64,000 bases of DNA from Candidatus Latescibacterota bacterium (GTDB lineage Bacteria > Latescibacterota > CBDEFO01). The stretch lies in assembly GCA_965237525.1 (NCBI GenBank), contig CBDEFO010000008.1:704001-768000 (forward strand), written 5' to 3'. This document shows, piece by piece, positions 26,934-36,594 of this stretch; positions within the stretch are counted from its first letter, which is position 1, and every line of letters starts with the position of its first letter. The notes under the pieces are model-generated. The model saw nothing but the letters and a program-made list of their open reading frames with translations, did not search any database and was not told the origin of the DNA. The position numbers and the translations under genes are program-made.

Positions 26934-27959
26934 GTAAAACTTTGTATCTATGATTTCGAATAGGCTTTGTTCATAATTAAGTCACTGAATTAAGTCACTG
27001 AGTTTGTAGCTGAAGTCAAAGTCCCGATTTTTGCGTACAGCTTGGGCGCGAGGCAATAAATGCGATACGACTCAATCATCGTAACCCGTTGTTTTTTTGG
27101 GGTGGGGTAGTACTTGATTTGAACCAGTGAGCTTTCGGCGATTGACGAGGAATATCTGGGATGCAGGTGTGGACGGCTTCTATCTGTTCAACTACTTCAA
27201 CGCCCTCAATTAGTAGAAGCCGCGGGTGCGGGGCGAGTTCGTCGAGCGGGATAGGTTTTTCCCTCCTAAACATTCGTTACGACCCAGACCACACCGACCG
27301 GGTTAGGTCAAGCACGCTCATGATGGGTGTTCAGGTATGCGTTTCCCTTCCGGTGTTCATGGAGGAGACGTCATCCCGCGCCGGTTCGGTCTTAGCTCTG
27401 GACATCACCGATAAGGTAGAGGTGGAAAGGGGGGAGGGATTCCTCGAACGGTGCATCCTCAGCTTGGGCTTCGAGAACCTTGGGGACGAGGGTGCGGCAG
27501 ATGTCAGTTGAACTGGCAAGCGGTCCGTTTAGAGTCCCATCGCATATTCAGGGACGGTTGGGGCTATCAGGTCTTCGACAAAAAGGTGTATCACAATACG
27601 ATATCGGCCGAGGCCGTGTCGGGCATTCGTTCAGTTGGAAATATCTGGCCCACCCTTGCAGAGGCACTAAATGTGCTAACCGTTCGCCTCATCAAGGGGG
27701 ACGCACTCAACTTCAGACCGGTGGTGTTAAAGCAAGTGTGTTTAGAGATCTACGGAAGGTAGAGTCGGAGTTCGCGAAGTCGGCAGCCGGATTCTCGTCA
27801 ATATGCTGCATCAGCCACGTTTTCAAAGACACTTCCTCGCCATCAACGTGCATGCTGTCTTCCCGGCCTGCATGCGCCGCTACCTCAAAGGCGCAGGCCT
27901 GCCAGATGCCCATCACCACACTCAGGACGCTTCGACTGCCGCATGGAAGTTCTCTTGCT

Positions 27960-30596
27960 TCACCGCAACAGCAATCTGAGAGGCGGCGCCCCTTCCTCCA
28001 CTCTCTTGAAGAAAACCTGCTCGATGTAGCGCCTTAGCGAAGGCTCGGAATCCAGAAGTGGGAGGCGTTCCCTGACCAGGGGGACGACCGACGCGGCCTC
28101 CCCACCCAGGGCCGAGAGGAATCTGGCTGCATCCTGCCACTCCCCACTCCTCCCCGCGTAGCCCCTTGGCCGTGTATCATCTCCCACGAGCTCCCCCAGG
28201 GTCACGAGCTCCGACTCGCCCCCACGAATGCAGTAGAGGGCGTAGCAGGCGTCGGCCAGGAACCGGTTTTCCGGCGTTCGATACTTCTCAAGGACCGGAA
28301 CGGCTTCAGAGGCCGCGGGCCCTATCGCCGCCAGCGTGCGGGCTATCAGATTTTCTTTGCCTTCGGATTCTTCGTACGCCTTCACGAGGGCGGGAACAGC
28401 ACTCACAGCCCCCGGACCCATCCCCGATAGCACCTGTAAACCGAACGCCTTGTGGGTTCCTAACAGAGCCATCGCGTCAGGCAGCGCGGGTGCAGCGGCC
28501 TCGCCGCAGAGGAACAGCCCGAGTGCGGCCAACCTCACGACCGACTCGTCCCTGTCGCGCAGTGCCTGGCGAAGCGGTGCCACGAGCGCGCGAGCCGAGA
28601 GCGCCCCGTCATCCGGCAGGTAGCCTTTGACTTCTTCATTCCAGCTTGGCGGTCGCGCCATGTTGCTGAGGGTGAAGGTTGCGCCCAGACGCACGTAGGC
28701 ATCGGCATGCGACAGAAGCGACGAAACTCTCGGCGCTGCTGAGTACGCATCCGGGCCGATTCCTTCAAGAGCTCGCAGAGCGGGAATGCGAACTTCCGGA
28801 TCCTCAAGCGCCTCTGCCAGGGCATCCACGGCCGGGGCTGCCTCCGGCCCCATCTCAAAGAGCGCCCACGCAGCGCTTCGACGCTCGGAGGCCTGGGAGC
28901 TACGCAACCCCGCAATGCACTCCTTTACCGACCTGTTGCGGAAGGGGGCTGCCTCGTCCCGTACGTAGGTAACGGGGGCAGGCTGTACCGCGTCCGCCGG
29001 CACAGGACCCAGCCTATGGATATAGTCGGAAGCCCTGGCACGAATCTCCTCATATTCTTCGATCTCCAGAGGCTTGCCGGGCTCCGCATCGTGCGGATCA
29101 AAGCCAAGCAGGCGAGCGCGGAGAGACTCCAACCACGCCGCCGCCTCGATGGCGGTCACCTCGGCGGGCATCGCCTCCACGGCGTCCTCCACCATCTGAA
29201 GGTAGCAGAAATCGTCAACTCCCTCGCGACGCGCCTCCCAACCGGTGATAGGCAGGGGCTCGGTGCTTTCGGGTTCCCACCAGACGTGACCGTGATGTCC
29301 GTGCGAGTAAGCCCAGACGTAATTACCCCCGAGCCGGTGAGCCCAGGTGTATAGCCCAGCATAGTAACGCTGACGGAGCTGCTTGAAGCCTTCTCTCAGT
29401 ATGCGAAACGAATACGTCCACACCTGCGCCCCGCGACGCGACGCCTCGGCCCTCATCTCTGGCGTTACTTCCCCCCCGAGGACGATCCACGCGTCGTGAA
29501 CGTCGCCATACGCGTACGCCGCCTCGGAGCCCATAGCCGTCGTCAGGCGGATGGGCAGCGTGCGAAGGCGAGCGTAACTCTCACGCAGCCCGGGCGCCGG
29601 ATAAGGCGGCTCATCCCAGCCGTAGATCAGAATCTCCGGCCACCCGTGCTCCCTGTGTTGTCTTTGCAGCCAGTCTGCTACTGCTTCCCGTTGCGCCTCG
29701 GAAAGATCATGTGCCGTGATATTGTGTTGGGCGATGACGCAGGGGATGTCCCGGTGGACGAGCCCCGCCTCAGCCGCCAGCGCGACGCGTTTCTCCAGCG
29801 GCACCGTGTCCGGATAGGCTCGAGGCGGCAACTCCGCGAAATCCCCAGCCATGTAGAAGTGCACCGAATTCTGGCTGTGCGCCGCCATGTCCCCGTAGAG
29901 CTCCAGCTCCAGTTGCTCGCTCACTGCCCAGCCGCCAAAGCGCTCCAGCAGCATGTCCTCCCGATAGTACATGCCGAAGGGGATTCGCGCCGGAGCCAGT
30001 TCGAAAGGCCTGACTTCAAGCTCCAGTTCCAGGATAGTAGCTGGCTTGTTCGTGGGCTGGATCCGTACCTGGCCCTTGTGCAACCCCTCGGACGTCTCGC
30101 GATCCGCACGAAACGTCAGCCAGAAATTGACGCTCCTTCCCCTGGGAAGATCCGCTACCACCTCACCTCGTTGCAGATATATTTCAGCGGGCACCCAGCT
30201 CAGCCACGACATGTCCGTTTCGATTAGCTTCTCTTTGACGCCAGGGTCGATGCGATGGTAAACGGTTACCTCGAGGTCCGATTCCACCTCGATCCGGACG
30301 TCCTTGACGCCGTCTGAGATCGCGTGCACGCCGAACTGAATGGACTCGTACTCATCCCTGGCTAAGGCGCATGAAATCTTCTTGGCAACGTCGCTGGGCG
30401 TGGGTACGTGCGAAGGCGGCAGGTTCTTCAGCGTGCTGAAACTAAAGACTACGTAGCCCTTGTCTCGATCCAGTTTCGTCCACTCCATGGGTGCACCTGA
30501 ATTATCCTGCATGTTAGCTTCCTCCTCTCCGCTTACATTGAGAACCCTTAATCCAACAGCCAGCAATGTACAGGCAACCATGCTCCGTTTTCTCAT
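27960..30596 (-). CDS. Secreted GH123/DUF4091-like glycoside hydrolase fused to HEAT (PBS-lyase-like) repeats
   Basis: ARDEYESIQFGV, YGWDEP and WEARREGVDDFCYL, followed by repeated ALxxxGPxAxxAVPxL units. Confidence 0.7.
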   Translation of the reverse strand: MRKRSMVACTLLAVGLRVLNVSGEEEANMQDNSGAPMEWTKLDRDKGYVVFSFSTLKNLPPSHVPTPSDVAKKISCALARDEYESIQFGVHAISDGVKDVRIEVESDLEVTVYHRIDPGVKEKLIETDMSWLSWVPAEIYLQRGEVVADLPRGRSVNFWLTFRADRETSEGLHKGQVRIQPTNKPATILELELEVRPFELAPARIPFGMYYREDMLLERFGGWAVSEQLELELYGDMAAHSQNSVHFYMAGDFAELPPRAYPDTVPLEKRVALAAEAGLVHRDIPCVIAQHNITAHDLSEAQREAVADWLQRQHREHGWPEILIYGWDEPPYPAPGLRESYARLRTLPIRLTTAMGSEAAYAYGDVHDAWIVLGGEVTPEMRAEASRRGAQVWTYSFRILREGFKQLRQRYYAGLYTWAHRLGGNYVWAYSHGHHGHVWWEPESTEPLPITGWEARREGVDDFCYLQMVEDAVEAMPAEVTAIEAAAWLESLRARLLGFDPHDAEPGKPLEIEEYEEIRARASDYIHRLGPVPADAVQPAPVTYVRDEAAPFRNRSVKECIAGLRSSQASERRSAAWALFEMGPEAAPAVDALAEALEDPEVRIPALRALEGIGPDAYSAAPRVSSLLSHADAYVRLGATFTLSNMARPPSWNEEVKGYLPDDGALSARALVAPLRQALRDRDESVVRLAALGLFLCGEAAAPALPDAMALLGTHKAFGLQVLSGMGPGAVSAVPALVKAYEESEGKENLIARTLAAIGPAASEAVPVLEKYRTPENRFLADACYALYCIRGGESELVTLGELVGDDTRPRGYAGRSGEWQDAARFLSALGGEAASVVPLVRERLPLLDSEPSLRRYIEQVFFKRVEEGAPPLRLLLR

Positions 30597-30751
30597 GTTC
30601 CATCTCCTTCCAGAGAGTTGAGATCCGAGTTGTCCACATGCTGCGACCGGACAATTCTCTTTTCCAGATGAGAGCCCTTTATTCCAATGTCCACCCGATT
30701 ATCGGGCATGTAGCCGTTTGCATCGTCATCTTGGCGGATGCTTCATGCAGG

Positions 30752-30820
30752 TGAGGGCAAACGTTGCGCCCAGACGCACGTAAGCATCGGGATGCGACAA
30801 AGCGACTAGACTCTCGGTGC
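30752..30820 (-). pseudogene. Short remnant of a HEAT-repeat paralogue
   Basis: gttgcgcccagacgcacgtaagcatcgggatgcgaca closely matches 28678-28735. Confidence 0.55.
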
Positions 30821-31022
30821 CGCCGGGACCTCGACGCGCGCTTCGTCTTCGAGCGACGTCCCCAGCAACACACCCGCGATCAGTGTAGCCGCCGGAATTC
30901 CATGACTTCTCATCTCAGGTCTCCTACATCCGGCTGATCACCTTCAACTCACTGGAAACTGGATCTGTCGCCCATCGATCATCAGCCTGATTCCGCTGCC
31001 CTGTGGTGGACGAATACCGTGA

Positions 31023-32585
31023 CTACACCATCCGGAACGAGTAGAGCTCGGCGTTCTTCATGAAGAAGCGGAGTTTGCGAAAGGGCTTCTGCTTCTTCCA
31101 AGGGAACACTGTGTCCCCGCCGAAGTCCGGACGAGCGACAGGAATCGTGCCGTCTCCCTCCCAGGTAACCCGGTGACACGTGCTGTCACCGGTGAAGACG
31201 TCGCAATCCTCTCGGCCGCGCCCCGGCAGTTGGTTGTCCCCGTGGTCGACTACCTCCACCTTGATGTAGCCGTCCTTGCGGCAACGAGCGTTGATGTCAA
31301 GCGCCTCCCCATCGGACAGTAACGGCCTCGTCACGAGAAGCCCTTCGCGCATCGGCCCGGCGTCGAACGAGACAAACCCGTCCTTCCGGAGGCGCGCCAG
31401 CCCGAGACCGAACCGAACCAGCCCGGGATCCTCGATCTCGGGGTGGTTCATTCCCTCACGCGGTCCCCACATCCAGTAGTCGTGATGGCAGAAGCATCCC
31501 CCGTAGTAGATGAGCAGTTCGTCGCCCACATCGATCGGCGGCGAGCAGATCGTCACCATCCCCTGGTCCCAGGCGTCCGGCTGGCCGAAGGTCAGCCAGG
31601 GCTGTCGTTTGTTGAGCCGCTGCCATCTCTTGCGGTCCCGGCTGAAAACGAGCTGCACGTCCATCTTGTTGGCGACCCTATGAAGGACATTCAGGAAACC
31701 CACGTACAGGTTTCCCAGCTCATACTGTGTCATTCCGTAGAACCCGTCATCGATATTGTCCTCCTCATCATCCGGCCGCAGCAGCAGGTACGGCTCGCCC
31801 CAGTGGAGCATGTCCGAGCTCTCGGACTGCCAGATACGCCGTCGGTTCTGCTTCGAGAAATCGTGCGGGTACCGCGGCCCGGGATTCGTCGTGCCCACCG
31901 GGTTCCGCGGATTCAGAGGGGGAGCACATTGTAACCAGTGACGGGTGACGACCACGAAGTTGCGGCTGAACCGGTCGTAGTGCAGAGTGCAGACATCTCC
32001 CAGCCTCGGGCCGAGGCTGCCGAACACCGGGAGGTCTTCCTCGACATCCCAGTGGATCCCATCCGGCGAGTGCGCCGCCCGCATCTCCCCCCAGTACGGG
32101 GGGTAGTGTGAGAAGAGGGCCCGGTATCGCTGCGAATCATCCATAGGATTGGGGTCCTCGATCACGTTGCACGAATGGACTTGCTCGAGCCCATTGCTCC
32201 CCCCCAAAACGATGTTCGTCCGGCGGCCGCCCTCCTCGACGACGTCCAGTTGCGGCTTCGTCCACTCCAGGCCGTCCTCACTTTCGGCGTAGCACTGCCG
32301 CGCCGCGATCAGCCACTTCGGGTGCTCATGGCTGTGGTCAATCAGATCCTCGTACCAGCACTTGAAGAGGCCGCTGCGGGAGTCCCTCCTCACCACGTGG
32401 TTGCTGCACGTAAAGTAAGGAACACGCTCCCACGGCCTGTCCTTCTTCAGGAGCGGGTTCCGCGATTCCTTGCGCGGCTCATGGAAGGTCTTGGTCAACT
32501 CCTGCGAAGCCTCCACGATCGCGTTATCCAGAAACAGCTGCGTGAAGTTCCCAATCCCAAGTACGACGCTGTCCAGGCAGCTCAT
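31023..32585 (-). CDS. Five-bladed beta-propeller glycoside hydrolase-like protein (GH32/43/130 clan-like)
   Basis: YAESEDGLEWTKP, HSPDGIHW, FYGM, LIYYGG, LARLRKDGFVS. Confidence 0.75.
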   Translation of the reverse strand: MSCLDSVVLGIGNFTQLFLDNAIVEASQELTKTFHEPRKESRNPLLKKDRPWERVPYFTCSNHVVRRDSRSGLFKCWYEDLIDHSHEHPKWLIAARQCYAESEDGLEWTKPQLDVVEEGGRRTNIVLGGSNGLEQVHSCNVIEDPNPMDDSQRYRALFSHYPPYWGEMRAAHSPDGIHWDVEEDLPVFGSLGPRLGDVCTLHYDRFSRNFVVVTRHWLQCAPPLNPRNPVGTTNPGPRYPHDFSKQNRRRIWQSESSDMLHWGEPYLLLRPDDEEDNIDDGFYGMTQYELGNLYVGFLNVLHRVANKMDVQLVFSRDRKRWQRLNKRQPWLTFGQPDAWDQGMVTICSPPIDVGDELLIYYGGCFCHHDYWMWGPREGMNHPEIEDPGLVRFGLGLARLRKDGFVSFDAGPMREGLLVTRPLLSDGEALDINARCRKDGYIKVEVVDHGDNQLPGRGREDCDVFTGDSTCHRVTWEGDGTIPVARPDFGGDTVFPWKKQKPFRKLRFFMKNAELYSFRMV

Positions 32586-32687
32586 GTGTCGTCCCTCCCG
32601 AGGTTCTCTCCTCGGACTCGTGAATCCCCACGAGCCCCAGTGTGGCCACCGACTCGGCGAGAATCAGCGGCTATCTTGCTGTATTGG

Positions 32688-33559
32688 TTAATGTCCGTGC
32701 GGATCGAAATCCCAACCGTGTTCACTCAACACGCTCAAGCCTTCCCGGTATTCGTTTCTTATCTGTTCCAGATCGGCGCCGCGGTATTCGAAGTCGAGCG
32801 TGACGTTCCCATTGTAGCCGGCTCGTTGGAGCGCTTCTCGAAAATGCGTGAAGTTAACGACGCCCTGGCCTGGCGTCATCTCAAGCTGTTGTTTGCCATC
32901 CTTGGTATCCGGGCCGGCGCTGTCACGCAGGTGCACGTGACGCAGACGGGGCCCAGCATTTGGGAAAACGCATCCAGGTCGTAGCCGATGATGCCCCAAT
33001 GGCTGGAATCCACAGTCGCGCCCACCGCCGGGTGATCGATCCGGTCGAAGATTTCCGCCACGTGTTCGACCGTGTCAGTTATCTGAAAGAGGTGCGGCAC
33101 CTCCAGATGCAAGCTGATGTCGAACTGCTGCGCAATGTCGGCGATGGCGCGGTATGTCTCGCACGCCGGGTGCATTTGTCGTGCCCACTTATCGCCAAAT
33201 GCGCGGCGTGCCGTGGGCCACGTGACGACCGGCACGTCCAGTTCACGCGCTGTCTCGAGATACCATCGACCCTGCGCGATGCACTCGTCACGATCGCTCT
33301 TCTGCGTATAGTCGAACCATATCGCCTTGCCGCCGCGCAGCCAGCAGGGCGCCAGGTTCATGGAAAGCACCTGCATGTCATATCTCGCAGTGACGTCCGC
33401 GACTTCGCGCACGCTCGTCTGCTGGTAGACCAGATGCGTGCAAAACTCGCCCATCTGGCTCAGTTCGATACGCGAAAAGCCCAACCCGGCCAGGCAGCTC
33501 ACCGCCGTTTCGAAGTCGAAGGCCGAAAACCCGAGCGTCGCGGCGCCGTCGATGTTCAT
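32688..33559 (-). CDS. Sugar phosphate isomerase/epimerase (xylose-isomerase-like TIM barrel), split by a 1-bp frameshift
   Basis: LEVPH and DSSHW lie in one frame, RLRHVHLRD...TPGQGVVNF in the next. One C is missing in a C-run near 32950, so this may be a sequencing error. Confidence 0.75.
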
Positions 33560-33650
33560 AGAGACCTCCCTTCAATTAGCCCAAAATTCCGGACTCAGGA
33601 CAGTCCGGCACGAAAATACACGCATGGTACGCTAGATTTCATGGCCAAAA

Positions 33651-35975
33651 CTATAAGCCTGCTGGCCGAAGGTGGTAGAGACGTGCTTGAAAGTCACGTC
33701 TGAGTTTGACTTCAAAAGTCCGTTTTCTCGCATTCAAACGAGCCACCACCTCATCGGTGAAAAGATCAACCACCTCCAGACTGGCCTGCCCCGGTACCGT
33801 TACCTTAGCCCGCGCAGCTCCAGGTGAGTAGTCCGAGACAAGTAAGACAGTTTCGTCTCCCTGTTTCCTTGCCAGCAGATTCGCCGATTCAGTGTCAGCG
33901 GTGTATCCAGCCTGAATCCCGCCGTCCAGAATGATGTCCTCAACGGGAGAAAACATCTTGATCGCCTCGGACATATCCGCCAGATGACCGGTGGTCGCTC
34001 CCAGGAAGTATCCCCAGGCAATCACGCCCTGCGAGCCGCCCATGAGGGCTTCGAGCACCTGAGACCGGGCGTCGCCCGGCGGGCTCCACTGGTACCCGGG
34101 GCAAATCGCGATCACGAGCTTCTTACCCGTCAGCGGTGCAAGCCGGGCGACTGTCTTGCGCACGCCGTAGGCGTCCTCATAGACCATGTTCGCGACGTAG
34201 TCCAGCACGGTCGCTAGTGATTCGTTGCAGTGCAGGCCGTGGAGCGGCCCGCCCCCGATGTAGGCCCCGAGCATCGTCCGCTCCGTCGTCTTCACGCCGT
34301 TCTCTTCGACGGCCTTGTGGAATGCATCCCGCATGATCCCGTACGCTTCGGCCACCAGGTCGCAGCGGAATCGCAGCCATGCATCGTAATGCTTGCGGTA
34401 CTTATGCGGCCGCCTGGCGAACACGTTGGGCTCAACGCCCGCTAGCTCCGGCTCGTGCCCGGCCACCCACTCCTTCCATCGCTGGATGGTGCGGGGGTGA
34501 AAACCGATGGCGGCGCTGTTGGCTGAGCCCATGTAGTACTCGTCGTCGAGCGTCAGGGCCGACGACACCGTGGCTCTGTTCTTGATACGGTCGATATAGT
34601 GCTGCAAGGCGGGGCCCCGGTATGAAGGGGATATCAGTCCCTCCTTGGTAGGATTTCCGTCCAACGTCACTGCCAGGGCCTCGGGGTACTTCTCATCGAC
34701 GGTAGGGCCGCCGGACAAGCCGGCAGCGCCGTACATGCCGTTCTTGTAGAACCCGCGAGCGTCACCTTTGCCCCACGTCTCAAGGTGGTTGAACCCGAAA
34801 CGCTTGAGGTCACGGACCATGGCCGGTTCGCTGTCGTCCCAAATATAGGGCGTATAAGTGTCAATGCCGAGGGTCATCATGGCGCGGTTGGGCGCGGCGA
34901 CATCCGGCAGCGCGATGCCCTTGAACCGCACGGGAGTCGGAAGCTGATACCCGCCCTTCCACTCGAACTGGACGTATCCCACCGCGTCCTCGCCGGGGGC
35001 GAGTTCGCTGTCGACCACCAAATAGTTGCCGCCCGCCGGCAGCTCGACGCGCTGAAATCCATTTGACATCTGGCTGACGCTCGGGGTGATTTTTCTGTTC
35101 TGATGCTTTCGGAAGCGCACACCGGGCGGAAGGGCTAACGAAACTCGCCCCTCCGGCGCCTCCGCATTCATCCCGCCGATGATGTACAGGGGATTCGGGA
35201 ACCCTTTGGCCACGCGGCAGACAGCTCCTTTCGGCAAGGCATAGCCGTGCTTGTTGCGTTCGGGGTCGACGGGCGGACCATACTGCCAGGGGTGGCGATT
35301 ATTAACCGAGGAGTAGTACCAAGCGGCCTCGACTTGGCCGACCTCACGAACCGACGGCGCCGAAAAGAGCAGCTCCCCGCTCCATCCGCCGCCGACTCCC
35401 ACGGTGCGCCCCCCACCACCCATCGTCAGGGTCATGCGATCCTGATCCGCCGAATTGGCAAACGCGTGAAGAGGGCGCCAACCTTTCTGGGGCCACTCGA
35501 AGGAATCGTAGATAAAGGTCTGGCCGGCGTAGCTGCTGCGGCCGCCCTTCAGGGTGATGCTGGGGGAGAAGTCGAAGGAAGCCATACCCTCCGTGTTCAC
35601 CCAGATCTCGGCAACGTACCAGCGCCAGGGCTGGACCTGGATCTCCTGACTGATGCGGGAGGCGCCCAACTCGTCGTGGTAGATGCGAATGGCTGCAGCG
35701 CCCGGCTGCTGGCCTGGCAGCAGGGGTCTGTTGGAGGTGCCTACGACTTCTGCCGGCTGCCTGACAGCCTCCACCGTGCACTCGCTCTTCTGGTCCTTGG
35801 CTATCTCCAGCTTCCATCCGAAGTCGCTGTCGCCGGGTTTGCCCTGGCTGAAACCGCTGTTTACAAGCAGGTTCCCGTGATTGTCGGCGGCAGCAGCACA
35901 GGCCAGATCCCCGATAAAGTCATTCGGGGACAGGCCCAGAATCAACATCCCCATCCAGACACTCTTCATAGTCAT
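33651..35975 (-). CDS. Secreted CBM + TIM-barrel glycoside hydrolase-like protein, array copy G1
   Basis: Signal peptide, NLLVNSGFSQG CBM4/9-like start, barrel motifs LKRFGFN, LDDE and AWLRFRC, C-terminal beta-sandwich. Confidence 0.75.
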   Translation of the reverse strand: MTMKSVWMGMLILGLSPNDFIGDLACAAAADNHGNLLVNSGFSQGKPGDSDFGWKLEIAKDQKSECTVEAVRQPAEVVGTSNRPLLPGQQPGAAAIRIYHDELGASRISQEIQVQPWRWYVAEIWVNTEGMASFDFSPSITLKGGRSSYAGQTFIYDSFEWPQKGWRPLHAFANSADQDRMTLTMGGGGRTVGVGGGWSGELLFSAPSVREVGQVEAAWYYSSVNNRHPWQYGPPVDPERNKHGYALPKGAVCRVAKGFPNPLYIIGGMNAEAPEGRVSLALPPGVRFRKHQNRKITPSVSQMSNGFQRVELPAGGNYLVVDSELAPGEDAVGYVQFEWKGGYQLPTPVRFKGIALPDVAAPNRAMMTLGIDTYTPYIWDDSEPAMVRDLKRFGFNHLETWGKGDARGFYKNGMYGAAGLSGGPTVDEKYPEALAVTLDGNPTKEGLISPSYRGPALQHYIDRIKNRATVSSALTLDDEYYMGSANSAAIGFHPRTIQRWKEWVAGHEPELAGVEPNVFARRPHKYRKHYDAWLRFRCDLVAEAYGIMRDAFHKAVEENGVKTTERTMLGAYIGGGPLHGLHCNESLATVLDYVANMVYEDAYGVRKTVARLAPLTGKKLVIAICPGYQWSPPGDARSQVLEALMGGSQGVIAWGYFLGATTGHLADMSEAIKMFSPVEDIILDGGIQAGYTADTESANLLARKQGDETVLLVSDYSPGAARAKVTVPGQASLEVVDLFTDEVVARLNARKRTFEVKLRRDFQARLYHLRPAGL
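35907..35933. repeat. 27-bp palindromic element (family), here in-frame in the G1 signal peptide
   Basis: (A/T)TCCCCGATA(A/G)AGTCATTCGGGGACAG(G). Other copies near 36022, 36137, 36164, 36269, 36377, 38873, 38986, 39013, 41615, 41730, 44294, 44399, 46954 and 48606. Degenerate copies near 50140, 56983, 59985 and 60075. Confidence 0.9.
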
Positions 35976-36404
35976 CTCCTTTTTCTCCTTTCATGAATGT
36001 CGCTTACGTCTGAAAATGCATTCCCCGATAGAGTCATTCGGGGACAGGCCCAGAATCAACATCCCCATCCAGACACTACTTCATAGTCATCTCCTTTTTC
36101 TCCTTTCATGAATGTCGCTTACGTCTGAAAATGCATTCCCCGATAGAGTCATTCGGGGACAGGCCCCCGATAGAGTCATTCGGGGACAGGACTTTGGACA
36201 AGCCCATTACCAACAACTGAGACCATAGCAGAGATCAGCCGCCAATCGACGCTTCCCGGCGGAAGCAATCCCCGATAGAGTCACGGTTCGGGGACAGGAC
36301 TTTGGACAAGCCCATTACCAACAACTGAGACCATAGCAGAGATCAGCCGCCAATCGACGCTTCCCGGCGGAAGCAATCCCCGATAGAGTCATTCGGGACA
36401 GGCA

Positions 36405-36560
36405 CACCTGTCGCGCCGAGATCCCTGCCTACGTGATCTTAACATCGTGCTTGACGCTTACTTCGATCAGATTGTAGCCGAGGCCGATGGCGTCCGGGCG
36501 CACATCGGCCTCGGCTGAGGTTCTTTCCATCCGGATGCTCTGACGTGTTCGGCTTCGGAA
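36405..36560 (-). pseudogene. 3' remnant of a DUF187-like GH gene (recurs at ~39040-39325, ~44425-44595 and ~50913-51030)
   Basis: Encodes EAEHVRASGWKEPQPR and LGYNLIEVSVKHDVKIT, matching the C-terminus of the 47062 gene. Confidence 0.75.
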
Positions 36561-36594
36561 AGGTTTGGCCACGAGCTCTCCTCCAAAATAAGTG

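Noticed and set aside
27010..27950. Short ORFs at the left edge of the island
   Set aside because: They look like gene debris in mixed frames and I cannot assign a family.
35907..36420. Clustered 27-bp palindromes as a CRISPR array
   Set aside because: Spacing is irregular, intervening sequences are duplicates of local DNA rather than unique spacers, some copies lie inside genes, and there are no cas genes.
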